A stretch of DNA of 58,576 bases from a virus (Duplodnaviria > Caudoviricetes). The DNA lies in the IMG/VR virus record IMGVR_UViG_3300028287_000004, positions 1-58,576 of that record; one strand, written 5' to 3'. A program made the position numbers and the translations under genes. The stretch's first letter is position 1; each line of letters starts with the position of its first letter. Under the pieces are notes generated by a model. It ran no database searches, was not told where the DNA came from, and saw nothing but the letters and a program-made list of their open reading frames with translations. Positions 7,576-18,400 of this stretch are shown in pieces.

Positions 7576-8418
7576 ATGTCAAGCAAACTAGAACAAGTAC
7601 TAGAACTTCTTATCAACGAGGAGCGTGAAGCAGCGGAAGAGCTACTGCACGATTTTATCGTAGAAAATGCTCGTCAGATCCATGAGGAACTACTGAACGA
7701 AAGTGACGAAGTAGTAGAAGAAGAACTTGAGGAACTAGACGAAGCAGACGATATCGTTGAGCTAGAAGACGAAGCATCAGAAATAGAAGATGATGCATCA
7801 GAAATTGAAAACGAAGAATTCTATGACGAAGACGGAATGGAAGACGGAGAAGCAATCGATGATCTAGAAATGGATGACGATGCAGAAGCGGAAGACGAAG
7901 GCGTTGAAGCACGTGTAGATGATCTAGAATCAGCATTAGCTGAACTAGAAGCAGAATTCGAAAAAATTATGTCAGGTGAAGACGATGACATGGAAGACGA
8001 AGCAGACGATATGGATGCGGAAGACGAAATGGAAGAGTCATTCGAACTAGAACTAGACGAGTCAGAAGACGAAGACCTAGAAGAAGGTGAAGAACTTGAC
8101 CTAGAAGAATCAGACGATGACGCAGACGAAGATGAAGACCTAAACGAGTATGTAACTCCAGTGTCAGCATCAGTAGGCGACAACGGCGATAACACATCAT
8201 CAACTGTAAACGCAAATCCAAAGCGTCCAGGCGATGACTCAAATGCAGCACCAGTAAAAGCGAATGATGGTAACACATCAGGCGGTAAAGGTGACGCACC
8301 AAAAGATATGGGTACAAAGAATGTAAACGTATCAGGTAACTCAAAATCACCAGCAATGTCAAATCAAGCGGCAAAGCCAGGTGACAATGGTGTGAATAAC
8401 AAGTCAATCACATCATAA
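7576..8418 (+). CDS. Highly acidic prohead core protein (gp67-like position)
   Basis: Very D/E-rich; between portal and protease; strong SD. Confidence 0.7.
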   Translation: MSSKLEQVLELLINEEREAAEELLHDFIVENARQIHEELLNESDEVVEEELEELDEADDIVELEDEASEIEDDASEIENEEFYDEDGMEDGEAIDDLEMDDDAEAEDEGVEARVDDLESALAELEAEFEKIMSGEDDDMEDEADDMDAEDEMEESFELELDESEDEDLEEGEELDLEESDDDADEDEDLNEYVTPVSASVGDNGDNTSSTVNANPKRPGDDSNAAPVKANDGNTSGGKGDAPKDMGTKNVNVSGNSKSPAMSNQAAKPGDNGVNNKSITS

Positions 8419-8441
8419 TTTAATTCTATTTGGAGAAACCA

Positions 8442-9071
8442 ATGACCGTTCTTATTGAAAGATTTTCACACAGTCAAGCAGGTGTTAAAACCCGCATTGT
8501 CGAAGGTGAAGACGGTGGAAAGAACATGTTTATGGAAGGCATTTTCGTCCAAGGTGGCGTAAAGAATGCTAACCAACGTGTTTACCCGGTTTCAGAAATC
8601 TCAAGAGCAGTAGAAAGCGTTCAGAAAAAAATCTCTGAAGGCTTCCCTGTTCTAGGTGAATGTGATCATCCACCGGAATTAACAGTTAACGTTGACCGTG
8701 TGTCACATATTATTGAAAGTATGTGGATGGACGGACCGAACGGCTATGGTAAACTTAAAATTGTTCCTACACCAATGGGCAACATCATCAGAACATTAAT
8801 CGAATCAGGCGCTACTTTAGGTGTTTCTTCTCGTGGTTCAGGTGAAGTTGGTAACAACGGTGAAGTGAGTAACTTTGAGATTGTAACTGTAGATATCGTA
8901 GCTCAGCCAAGTGCTCCAGAAGCATATCCAAAGGCTATCTACGAAGGATTAATGAACATGAAAGGCGGCTATCAAACTTGGCAGCTTGCACAGAGTGTTC
9001 AAAATGACAAGGCAGCGCAGAAGTACTTGTCAGAAGAAATAGTAAAGTTCATTCGTGAACTTAAACTGTAA
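8442..9071 (+). CDS. Prohead protease, T4 gp21-like
   Basis: EGIFVQ..KNANQRVYP, GECDHP, LGVSSRGSG, DIVAQPSAPEAY. Confidence 0.95.
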   Translation: MTVLIERFSHSQAGVKTRIVEGEDGGKNMFMEGIFVQGGVKNANQRVYPVSEISRAVESVQKKISEGFPVLGECDHPPELTVNVDRVSHIIESMWMDGPNGYGKLKIVPTPMGNIIRTLIESGATLGVSSRGSGEVGNNGEVSNFEIVTVDIVAQPSAPEAYPKAIYEGLMNMKGGYQTWQLAQSVQNDKAAQKYLSEEIVKFIRELKL

Positions 9072-9087
9072 AACAGGAGAAGCAACA

Positions 9088-10197
9088 ATGGCAACAGAAA
9101 TCCTTGCTAACCTTCTAGAGTCCGGCGCACTAAGCGAAGAAGCTGGTGCGGCTATTAAAGAGGCTATGGAAGCAAAACTAAATGAAGCAAGAGAGGAAAT
9201 TACAGCCGAGTTGCGTGAAGAATTCGCACAAAAGTTTGAACATGACAAAGGTGTTATCGTTGAAGCAATGGATAATATGCTAACTACAGCAATCCAAGCT
9301 GAGATGACTGAGTTTAAGTCAGACCGTGAATCTCTAATCGCAGAACGAGTTGCGTATAAGAAAGCAATTTCTGAACACGCTAAGATCCTTGAAAAATTCA
9401 TTACTTCTCAACTTGCAGCAGAAGTTAAGGAACTACGAGCTGACCGTGCAAAAGTAGCTGAAAATCTAGAAACGACAAAATCGTTTGTAGTGAAGCAACT
9501 ATCACGTGAACTTGCAGAATTCCATAACGACAAGCGTGAATTAGTAGAAACTAAAGTGCGCATGGTAGCAGAAGGCAAACAACTTCTTAACAAAACAAAA
9601 GAATCGTTTGTCAAGCGTTCAGCAGAGTTAGTAGAGAACACAATCTCTAACGCTCTACGTTCAGAAATCGCAATGCTTAAAGAGGACATCACAGCGGCTA
9701 AAGAAAACGAATTTGGTCGTAAACTGTTTGAAGCATTCGCAGGCGAATTCATGTCATCACAATTAAATGAAGGCACAGAAGTAGCTAAAGTGAACAAAAA
9801 GCTAGACGAATCTGCTAACAAAGTTGCAGAATTAGAAGCAGTGATTACTGCTAAAGAAGCAGATATTGCTACAGCGCAAAAAGCAAAGCGCGTAATGGAA
9901 GATCGTATGAATCGCAAAGCGAAATTAGACGAACTACTATCACCACTTGCTGGTCAAAAGCGCGAAGTAATGTCAGACTTACTTGAATCAGTAAAAACAA
10001 CTAATTTAAAAACAGCTTTCAAGAAATATCTACCGGCTGTTTTAAATGAATCAGTTTCAGCGCAAGCGGAAACAAAAACATTAACAGAAAGCAAAGTTAC
10101 AGAACACACTGGAAACCGCGTTGTAAAAGAAGCAACACAGTCAACAGGTGACGATGCTGATATAGTCGTGCTAAGAAAACTAGCCGGTCTAAAGTAA
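9088..10197 (+). CDS. Prohead scaffold protein, T4 gp22-like
   Basis: Coiled-coil, E/K/A-rich; between gp21 and gp23; SD CAGGAG before ATG 9088. Confidence 0.85.
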   Translation: MATEILANLLESGALSEEAGAAIKEAMEAKLNEAREEITAELREEFAQKFEHDKGVIVEAMDNMLTTAIQAEMTEFKSDRESLIAERVAYKKAISEHAKILEKFITSQLAAEVKELRADRAKVAENLETTKSFVVKQLSRELAEFHNDKRELVETKVRMVAEGKQLLNKTKESFVKRSAELVENTISNALRSEIAMLKEDITAAKENEFGRKLFEAFAGEFMSSQLNEGTEVAKVNKKLDESANKVAELEAVITAKEADIATAQKAKRVMEDRMNRKAKLDELLSPLAGQKREVMSDLLESVKTTNLKTAFKKYLPAVLNESVSAQAETKTLTESKVTEHTGNRVVKEATQSTGDDADIVVLRKLAGLK

Positions 10198-10225
10198 TTA
10201 ACCAGAACACAGGAGAATCAAACAG

Positions 10226-11386
10226 ATGGAAAATCTTTTTGAAGGTAACAACTGGGACAACACACGTGATGCGCTACTAGAGGGTCTAGAAGGCACAAAA
10301 CGTGATGTAATGTCATCAGTACTAAACAACACAAAAGTAGCTCTTGCTGAATCAGCAACAGCAGGCGCAACACAAGCAGGTAACATTGCGACACTAAACA
10401 AAGTGATCCTACCAGTTATCCGTCGTGTAATGCCAACAGTTATTGCAAACGAAATCATCGGCGTACAGCCAATGACTGGTCCAGTGGGTCAGATTCACAC
10501 ACTACGTGTACGTTATGCAGACAACGCAGCAGGCGTAACAGCAGGCCAAGAAGCTCTATCACCATTCGATATTGCTAAATCATACTCAGGCGCAAACGGT
10601 ACAGCACCAGCAGCGACAGCAGCTATGGAAGGTACAGCAGGTAACAGAATGTCAATCCAAGTGATGAAACAAACTGTTGAAGCGAAAACACGTAAGCTAT
10701 CAGCACGTTGGACATTCGAAGCGGCACAAGACGCTAACGCAATGCACGGCCTAGACGTTGAAGCAGAGATCATGGCAGCACTTGCTATGGAAATCACAGC
10801 AGAAATCGACCAAGAAGTTCTAGGTTCACTAGAAAATCTAGCGACAACTGGTGCGACTTTCGACATGACAAACACACAGTTCACTGGTACACCAACATTC
10901 GTAGGTGATCGTCATGCAGTTCTAGCAACTCTAATCAACCAACAAGCTAACCTAGTAGCACAGCGCACACGTCGCGGTGCAGCAAACTGGGCAGTTGTTT
11001 CACCAGCAGCACTAACAGTGCTACAGTCAGCAACTACATCAGCTTTCGCACGTACAACAGAAGGTACATTCGAAGCGCCAACAAACACAAAGTTCGTAGG
11101 CACACTAAACGGCACAATGCGCGTATATGTAAACACATATGCAAATGACGCGGCACCAGTTCTACTAGGCTATAAAGGCTCAGGCGAAATCGATGCAGCA
11201 GCATTCTATTGCCCATACGTACCGCTAATGTCATCAGGCGTTGTTGTGGATCCACAGTCATTCGAACCAGTAGTGTCATTCATGACTCGTTACGGTTACG
11301 TTGAGCTAACAAACACAGCATCATCACTAGGTAACGCAGCAGATTACGTTTCAAAAATCGAAGTTGCAAACCTAGCATTCGTATAA
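10226..11386 (+). CDS. Major capsid protein, T4 gp23-like
   Basis: IGVQPMTGPVGQI, AKTRKLSARWT.E.AQD, FYCPYVPL, MTRYG. Confidence 0.97.
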   Translation: MENLFEGNNWDNTRDALLEGLEGTKRDVMSSVLNNTKVALAESATAGATQAGNIATLNKVILPVIRRVMPTVIANEIIGVQPMTGPVGQIHTLRVRYADNAAGVTAGQEALSPFDIAKSYSGANGTAPAATAAMEGTAGNRMSIQVMKQTVEAKTRKLSARWTFEAAQDANAMHGLDVEAEIMAALAMEITAEIDQEVLGSLENLATTGATFDMTNTQFTGTPTFVGDRHAVLATLINQQANLVAQRTRRGAANWAVVSPAALTVLQSATTSAFARTTEGTFEAPTNTKFVGTLNGTMRVYVNTYANDAAPVLLGYKGSGEIDAAAFYCPYVPLMSSGVVVDPQSFEPVVSFMTRYGYVELTNTASSLGNAADYVSKIEVANLAFV

Positions 11387-11412
11387 GTTTTACTTAAACG
11401 ATTAATAATATT

Positions 11413-11441
11413 AACCCGGGAGGAAACTCCCGGGTTTTTTT
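11413..11441 (+). terminator. Intrinsic terminator after the capsid gene
   Basis: AACCCGGGAG-GAAA-CTCCCGGGTT followed by a T run. Confidence 0.9.
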
Positions 11442-11459
11442 ATGTTCTAAGTTAAATCT

Positions 11460-11467
11460 GATAAATA
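11460..11467 (+). promoter_or_regulatory. Late promoter GATAAATA
   Basis: Motif upstream of the fibre gene cluster. Confidence 0.65.
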
Positions 11468-11501
11468 GACATAGCACAATCTAAGTTTGGAAGAAAATAA
11501 C

Positions 11502-13202
11502 ATGGCAGAACAATTAAAATTTGGCGACCGACTATTTCTTAAAGGTGAAAAAGTTCTCTTTGATAATGGCACAGAAGATGCTATTATTGAATCGAGAAAC
11601 GGCACCCTTGTAATTAAAGGCAACTTAACAGTTGAAGGTACAACTACAACATTAGACACTTCATCTACTGTAGTTTCTGATCCGTTTATACTATTAAACG
11701 GAGATCATACAGGAGCTGCATCAGAAGATGTTGGTATCGAAATTGAAAGAGGCACTGATACCAACGTCAAGTTTGGATGGGACGAAACCAATAATAGATG
11801 GTCAACGTTTGGAGAATTATTTTATTCTAATAATATAGAAGCAGATACTATTGTTGCAAATACTAGTATATCAGGTCCATTGATTTCATCTAATGTTACT
11901 ATAACAGGCGGTAATATAGATGGTACTGTTATTGGTGCAACTAATCCAGTACAAGCATACTTCACTGATATACATGGTGACGGTACAAATATAACAAACG
12001 TTCTTACAAACTACACAACGACAGATTTAGCTGAAGGCACAAACTTATATTACACAGATGAACGTGTCGATGACAGAATCAATGACTTGTTTTTTGCATC
12101 ATATGGTATCTCAGCGACATATACTGATCCAGCAGGTGTCTTTGAAATTGGCTTTGATGCTACAAATATAGGCACTGGCGAACAAATTCTTGATACTACT
12201 GACACTGTACAAGCGGCATTTAGAACACTTACATCAGGTCCAAACTTAGATTTAACTGTTTCTACTGACGGAGATAACATTGTAGTAGACACCGCAGTAA
12301 AAATTAATAACTTAGAATTCAATACATTTACTGGCACTGGTTCAGTAAGTCAATTCACACTTCCATATACAGTATCACAAGATTGGCAAGTTCTAGTATA
12401 TATCGATGGCGTAGTACAAGAACCTACAACTTCATATACAATGTCTGGTAATACGCTTACATTATCAGCGCCACTTGCATTAAGTTCTGTAATGAATGTA
12501 ATTAAGATGGCAAGCAACACAGTTGCATCAACTGTCATAGATGCCAACACGTTGAACACATTTGCAGGATCTTATTACTTAGATTATACAAACTTTACTA
12601 ATACTCCGACTATACCAACCGTGCCAACTAATGTAAGTGCATTCACAAATGATAGTGGATATATTACTAGCGCAGACATTCCAACAAATCACATGGTAAA
12701 TGATGCAAGTAACACAGTCGCAGGAAGCATTAGTCCATCAGTTGACGCAACCCATGATTTAGGAACAGCAACAGAACAATGGAATACAATTTACGGACAT
12801 ACAGTAGAAGCAACTTACGCTGACCTTGCAGAAAGATATTCAGCAGATGCTCCTTATGAACCGGGAACAGTTCTAGTATTCGGCGGCGAAGCAGAAGTAA
12901 CAACCACAACAATGCTTTCAGATACAAAAGTCGTAGGTATTGTTTCTACAGACCCAGCACTTAAAATGAATTCAGCAGCAGGTAATTCACAGACGCATCC
13001 TTACATTGCACTTAAAGGCAGAGTTCCGTGTAAAGTAATTGGCAAAATTGAAAAGGGTGATCTATTAGTAACATCATCGACGCCAGGTTATGCTAAAGCA
13101 TCTCTTGGCGTACCAATGATTGGCACTGTAATAGGCAAAGCGATTGAAGCAAAGTCGGGAACCGGTGAGGGAATAATTGAAGTATTTGTGAGTATAATGT
13201 AA
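11502..13202 (+). CDS. Fibre/appendage structural protein with C-terminal peptidase G2-like intramolecular chaperone
   Basis: Thr/Gly-rich beta character, GIEIERG motif, C-terminal YADLAERY...ALKGRVPCKV. Confidence 0.75.
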   Translation: MAEQLKFGDRLFLKGEKVLFDNGTEDAIIESRNGTLVIKGNLTVEGTTTTLDTSSTVVSDPFILLNGDHTGAASEDVGIEIERGTDTNVKFGWDETNNRWSTFGELFYSNNIEADTIVANTSISGPLISSNVTITGGNIDGTVIGATNPVQAYFTDIHGDGTNITNVLTNYTTTDLAEGTNLYYTDERVDDRINDLFFASYGISATYTDPAGVFEIGFDATNIGTGEQILDTTDTVQAAFRTLTSGPNLDLTVSTDGDNIVVDTAVKINNLEFNTFTGTGSVSQFTLPYTVSQDWQVLVYIDGVVQEPTTSYTMSGNTLTLSAPLALSSVMNVIKMASNTVASTVIDANTLNTFAGSYYLDYTNFTNTPTIPTVPTNVSAFTNDSGYITSADIPTNHMVNDASNTVAGSISPSVDATHDLGTATEQWNTIYGHTVEATYADLAERYSADAPYEPGTVLVFGGEAEVTTTTMLSDTKVVGIVSTDPALKMNSAAGNSQTHPYIALKGRVPCKVIGKIEKGDLLVTSSTPGYAKASLGVPMIGTVIGKAIEAKSGTGEGIIEVFVSIM

Positions 13203-15391
13203 TGACAACAAACATTAATTCATATATCTTAGGTGCATCTACTGTACAGAATACTAATCTACATAATAATGTATTTGGTAATGTCACTGGTACAGCGGTT
13301 GAAGGCGACACACAACTTGTAATAACAACAAGTGGCGACTTATCGGGCGGCGGCACAATTACATTAGGCACTGGCGGAACTCTTGATATAAGTTATACTG
13401 GCCCAGTTAATGTTTCCGCATTTACAAATGATAGTGGATACATTACTAGTTCTGCAATTCCAACAAATGTTTCATCATTTACAAATGATAGTGGATACAT
13501 TACTAGTTCTGCAATTCCAACAAATGTATCAGAATTGACAAATGATAGTGGATATATCACTAGTTCTGCAATTCCAACAAATGTATCAGCATTCACAAAT
13601 GATAGTGGATATATCACTAGTTCTGCAATTCCAACAAATGTATCAGCATTCACAAATGATAGTGGTTATCTAACAAGTTTCACAGAAACAGACCCAACAG
13701 TACCAACGCATGTTAAAAATATTACAACAGTAAATATCAATAGTTGGAACTCAGCCTATGGTTGGGGAGACCACGCTGTTGAAAATTATATCAAAGACAT
13801 TGCATCATTTAGTACAAGTGATTTAGCAGAAGGTGCAAATCTATATCATACAGACGCAAGAGTAGACGCACGTATACCAACAAATGTATCAGCATTCACA
13901 AATGATAGTGGATACATTACTACATTTACTGATAACTATGTTGATTCTATTTCGTTCAACACAACTGATGGGGTACTAACTGTCGGTAGAACTGGAACCC
14001 TGAACGATTTAACAGTAGATTTAGATGGTCGCTATCAATTAACTGGAACATTTGCCGAGACAGATACACTTGATAGTGTAACGTCACGTGGTAATACAAC
14101 TTCTAATAATATTACAGTTAATGATTTATTAGTTAGTGGAGACTTAACAGTTTCGGGTACTACAACAACAGTACTTTCTCAGAATACTCGTATCAATGAA
14201 AATATTCTTTATCTAAACCAAGGCGGAGAATCAACAATTACTAACGCAGTTGGGAACGGAACGACAGTAACGTTCACTGCTAATAATACATACAGCGTGG
14301 GTTACACTGTTGATATAACTGGTGTAACACCAAGTAGTTTCAATTTAGTAGATGCTTACGTAACATCAGCAGACGCTACTACATTCACAGTCACAAGTAA
14401 TGTTACAGATACGTATATATCAGGTGGTGAAGCATACGGACACGCCCATGTCAATGTTGATTTGGGTTGGGTCGGAGCTTATGATGACGGAACATATGCA
14501 CACGCTGGATTCTTTAGAGATGCAACAGATGGGCGCTTCAAAGTATTTGACGGCCATACAGTTGAGCCGACAGCAGCAGTTGACATCGATACATCACACG
14601 CTAGTTTTAATCTTGCTCCTCTACAAGCAGACATGTTTTATGGCGACTTGACGGGGTCTGTGACTGGTACAGTATCATCGATTGCAAATCATAGTACTAC
14701 AAACTTGTCTGAAGGTACAAATCTGTATTACACAAATGCACGTGTCGATGCACGTATACCAACAAATGTATCAGCATTCACAAATGATGCAGGTTATATT
14801 ACAGGATATACTGACACAAACTATTATCTGGAAAGTGCTTCGTTCAATACGAGTAACGGTGTACTAACACTTACAAAAACTGATACAAATACAGTCGTAG
14901 TAGATTTAGATGGACGTTTCACTGATAACGTACATGCAGACGCAATGAACCAGGGTGTAGCAACAACTGACTCCCCTAATTTTGTTGACGTTACTGCTAC
15001 TAACTTTCATGGCACTGCAACTACAGCAAAGTATGCTGACCTTGCAGAAAAATATACAACAGAAATTGAACATCCTGTCGGAACTGTTATGATGGTTGCC
15101 GCATCAGACGATTATGAAACTTGTCCGGTGCAAACATTAGGATATCCGATTGGAGTAATCTCTGAAAAGCCAGCATTCTTAATGAATGAAGAATGTGATG
15201 GACAAGCATTAGCCCTTAAAGGGCGAGTTCCAGTAAGAATAATTGGACCAGTTAAAAAAGGTGAAGCTGTTTTTGTATATGAGAACGGTACCGCAGGCAG
15301 ACAATATAACGGTGCGCACATTGTTGGTGTTGCACTAGAAACAAATACAGACACGGGTGAAAAACTTGTTGAATGTGTACTAAAAACATAA
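13202..15391 (+). CDS. Fibre/appendage protein with 19-aa tandem repeats and peptidase G2-like C-terminus
   Basis: PTNVSAFTNDSGYIT repeats; YADLAEKY...ALKGRVPV. Confidence 0.75.
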   Translation: MTTNINSYILGASTVQNTNLHNNVFGNVTGTAVEGDTQLVITTSGDLSGGGTITLGTGGTLDISYTGPVNVSAFTNDSGYITSSAIPTNVSSFTNDSGYITSSAIPTNVSELTNDSGYITSSAIPTNVSAFTNDSGYITSSAIPTNVSAFTNDSGYLTSFTETDPTVPTHVKNITTVNINSWNSAYGWGDHAVENYIKDIASFSTSDLAEGANLYHTDARVDARIPTNVSAFTNDSGYITTFTDNYVDSISFNTTDGVLTVGRTGTLNDLTVDLDGRYQLTGTFAETDTLDSVTSRGNTTSNNITVNDLLVSGDLTVSGTTTTVLSQNTRINENILYLNQGGESTITNAVGNGTTVTFTANNTYSVGYTVDITGVTPSSFNLVDAYVTSADATTFTVTSNVTDTYISGGEAYGHAHVNVDLGWVGAYDDGTYAHAGFFRDATDGRFKVFDGHTVEPTAAVDIDTSHASFNLAPLQADMFYGDLTGSVTGTVSSIANHSTTNLSEGTNLYYTNARVDARIPTNVSAFTNDAGYITGYTDTNYYLESASFNTSNGVLTLTKTDTNTVVVDLDGRFTDNVHADAMNQGVATTDSPNFVDVTATNFHGTATTAKYADLAEKYTTEIEHPVGTVMMVAASDDYETCPVQTLGYPIGVISEKPAFLMNEECDGQALALKGRVPVRIIGPVKKGEAVFVYENGTAGRQYNGAHIVGVALETNTDTGEKLVECVLKT
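13403..13678 (+). repeat. 57-bp coding tandem repeat, ~5 copies
   Basis: Units start at 13403, 13460, 13517, 13574, 13631 (PTNVSAFTNDSGYITSSAI). Confidence 0.9.
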
Positions 15392-15404
15392 AGGTTGAGA
15401 ACTA

Positions 15405-18400
15405 ATGAGCATAACAAAGGTAAGCAAGTTTGTATTAGAAGATAGCAGTGTTTCGTTATCTAAACTAGATACAACTAGTGCATTTGAAGGACAAATTTTA
15501 GCAGTTGGTACAGGTAACACTCTGCAATTTGAAGATAAACTCGTAACAGAGGATGTTGAAGATATTGTAGCAGGTTTAATCCTGCGTGGAAATCATACAA
15601 ACATTTCAGTTTCTTATGTTGATGGCACAAATCAACTTAACTTAAATGCAAGCGGCGCAGTCACAAGTGTGAATACACAAACAGGCGCGGTTGTTCTTGA
15701 CACAGATGATATCGTAGAGGGAACTGGTAATTTATATTGGACAGAAGCACGTTTTAATTCATCATTTGCGAGTAAAGATACTGATAATCTTTCTGAAGGT
15801 ACGCTCAACCTGTACTTTACAGATCAGAGAGTACACGATGCAATCTCAGTAACAGATTTGAGCGGAGATGGTTCTCTAACTTACGCAAACGGTATTATCA
15901 CATATACAGGCCCATCAGCAAACGAAGTACGTGCGCATTTCTCAGCCGGCACAGGTGTTTCAATTGCAAATGGCGAAATCTCAATTGGGCAAGATGTATC
16001 TCCTTCGAGTAACGTTGTATTCAATGATATCAATGCTACGAACAATGTTATTATCGATGGTAACTTGACTGTATCTGGTACAACAACTACAGTATTCTCA
16101 GAAACAACCCGCATCAATGAAAACTTATTATATCTAAATGAAGGTGGTGAAGCCACTATTACGGGTGCTGTTGGCAATGGAACAACAGTAACTTACACTG
16201 CGGACAATACTTATAGTGTTGGTTATACAGTTGACATTACTGGTGTGACACCAAGCAGTTTTAATATTGTAGACGGTGTTATTACAGCGACAGATGATAC
16301 GACATTCACAATTACAAGTACTGTTACAGACACATATGTATCTGGCGGCGAAGCGTATGGACATGCACATGTTAATGCAGACTTAGGTTGGGTTGGCGCA
16401 TATGATGATGGTACTTACGCACATACTGGTTTATTCAGAGATGCATCTGACGGTGTATTTAAAATCTTTGACAGTTACACGGTTGAACCAAGTGATAGCT
16501 CATCAATCAATACAGCACACGCTTCTTACAATGCGGCATCTATGTTAGTAGATAATCTAACAGCAGAGGGAGATATCACAGCAACAAATATCTCAGGTGA
16601 TGGTACAAATATCACAAACGTACTAACAAATTATTCTACAACAGATTTATCTGAAGGTACAAATCTATACTTCACCGATGAAAGAGTGGATGATAGAGTT
16701 GCGGCATTGATGACTCCTGGTACAAATATCACTATGCACTATGATGATATTGCAGGTACATTTACGATTAACTCAACTGGATTTGCAGGTAGTACAACAG
16801 ATGATTTGCTTGAAGGTTCTACGCATCTTTACTTTACAGAAGAGCGTGTTGATGATAGAGTTTCAGACTTACTAGTTGCTGGTAATAATATTACAATTAC
16901 ATATGATGACAACGCAGGTACATTAACAATCGACGGTATTGAAGATGATTTTTCAAATAATACTACTGATAACTTATCTGAAGGTTCAACAAACTTATAC
17001 TTCACTGATGAACGTGCGCAAGATGCAGTAGCATCGGCCCTAGTAGCAGGCACAAACACAACCATCGTATATGATGACAATGCAAATACAATTACTATTT
17101 CTGCAACTCCAACAGGAGGTTTTGATCTATCACAGAACACAACAGATGATGTAGCAGAAGGTTCAACAAATCTATACTATACAGATGCACGTGTACGTGC
17201 GGCACTAACGCTAAATGATACAAGTGAATTTGATACATTTACATATGATCAAAATACCGGTACTCTGACACATAGTGGTGTTACTACTTCTCAAATTCGT
17301 AGTACTTTATCTGGTGGAACTGGAGTAACATACAATGACGCGACCGGTGAAATATCAATTGGCCAAGATGTTGCTATAGCATCAGATGTGCAGTTTGAAA
17401 ATATGGTACTAACTGGTAACTTAACTGTCTCTGGTGCATATACAGTTGTAAACACTGAAACAATAAATCTAGCAGATAATATTCTTTTATTAAACTCAAA
17501 CGAAACTGGGGTACCATCTCAATCGGGTGGTATTGAAATTGAACGCGGTACAGATGTAAATGTGTCATTCTTATGGAATGAAGGTAGTGATTATTGGTCG
17601 CTGGGGTCTGAAAACTTATTCACAAGCGGTACGTTCTTGGGGGATTTGCAAGGCGATGTAATCGGTAATGTAACAGGTCAAATCACTGATATTTCTAATC
17701 ATACCACAGATGACTTATCGGAGGGTATTGGTAACTTCTATTGGACAGATACACGCTTTAATGATGCATTTAACGGAAAAGATTCAGATGACTTATCAGA
17801 GGGTGCTACAAATCTTTATTGGACAGTTCTGCGTACACGTGGCGCAATAAGTACAAGTGGTGACTTGACTTATAATAGCGGCACTGGTGTTATACATTTT
17901 GATTTAACAGAACATACAACTAGCGAGCTACCTGAAGGTACAAACTTATATTACACTGATGCTAGAGCGGATGCACGTGTTGATATTTTAAAAACAGGCC
18001 TTACAGTATCTGGTGATGCAACTGTACACTTTGATAATATTTCAAATGTACCAGCAGTGACAAAAGATGTTCTGACTGGCGATAATACAAATTCTACATT
18101 TAATTTAAGCGCAACACCAGGAAACGCAGATGCAGTAATCGTAACTATGAACGGTGTAACTCAAATGCCAGGATCTGATTATACAGTATCAGGTTCAACA
18201 ATTACATTTACAACTACTCCGCCATCCGGACAAATTATTCTTGTTCGTCATGTTGGTTATCAAATTGTTGGTTCAGTAGCAGACAATGACTTATCAATTA
18301 CCGGTGGAACAATGAGTGGTTCAATTCTAGTTAATGCAGACAATACATATGACTTAGGTAGTGCTACAAACCAATGGCGTACAGTTTATGGACACGAAAT

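Noticed and set aside
7655-11279. Antisense ORFs of 70-170 aa over the head genes (and similar ones across the window)
   Set aside because: Shadows of biased codon usage in the sense genes; Ser/Leu/Arg-rich, no SD, no motifs
13403-13678. CRISPR-like periodic repeat
   Set aside because: Units are contiguous, 57 bp, in frame and have no unique spacers; it is a protein repeat and no cas genes are present
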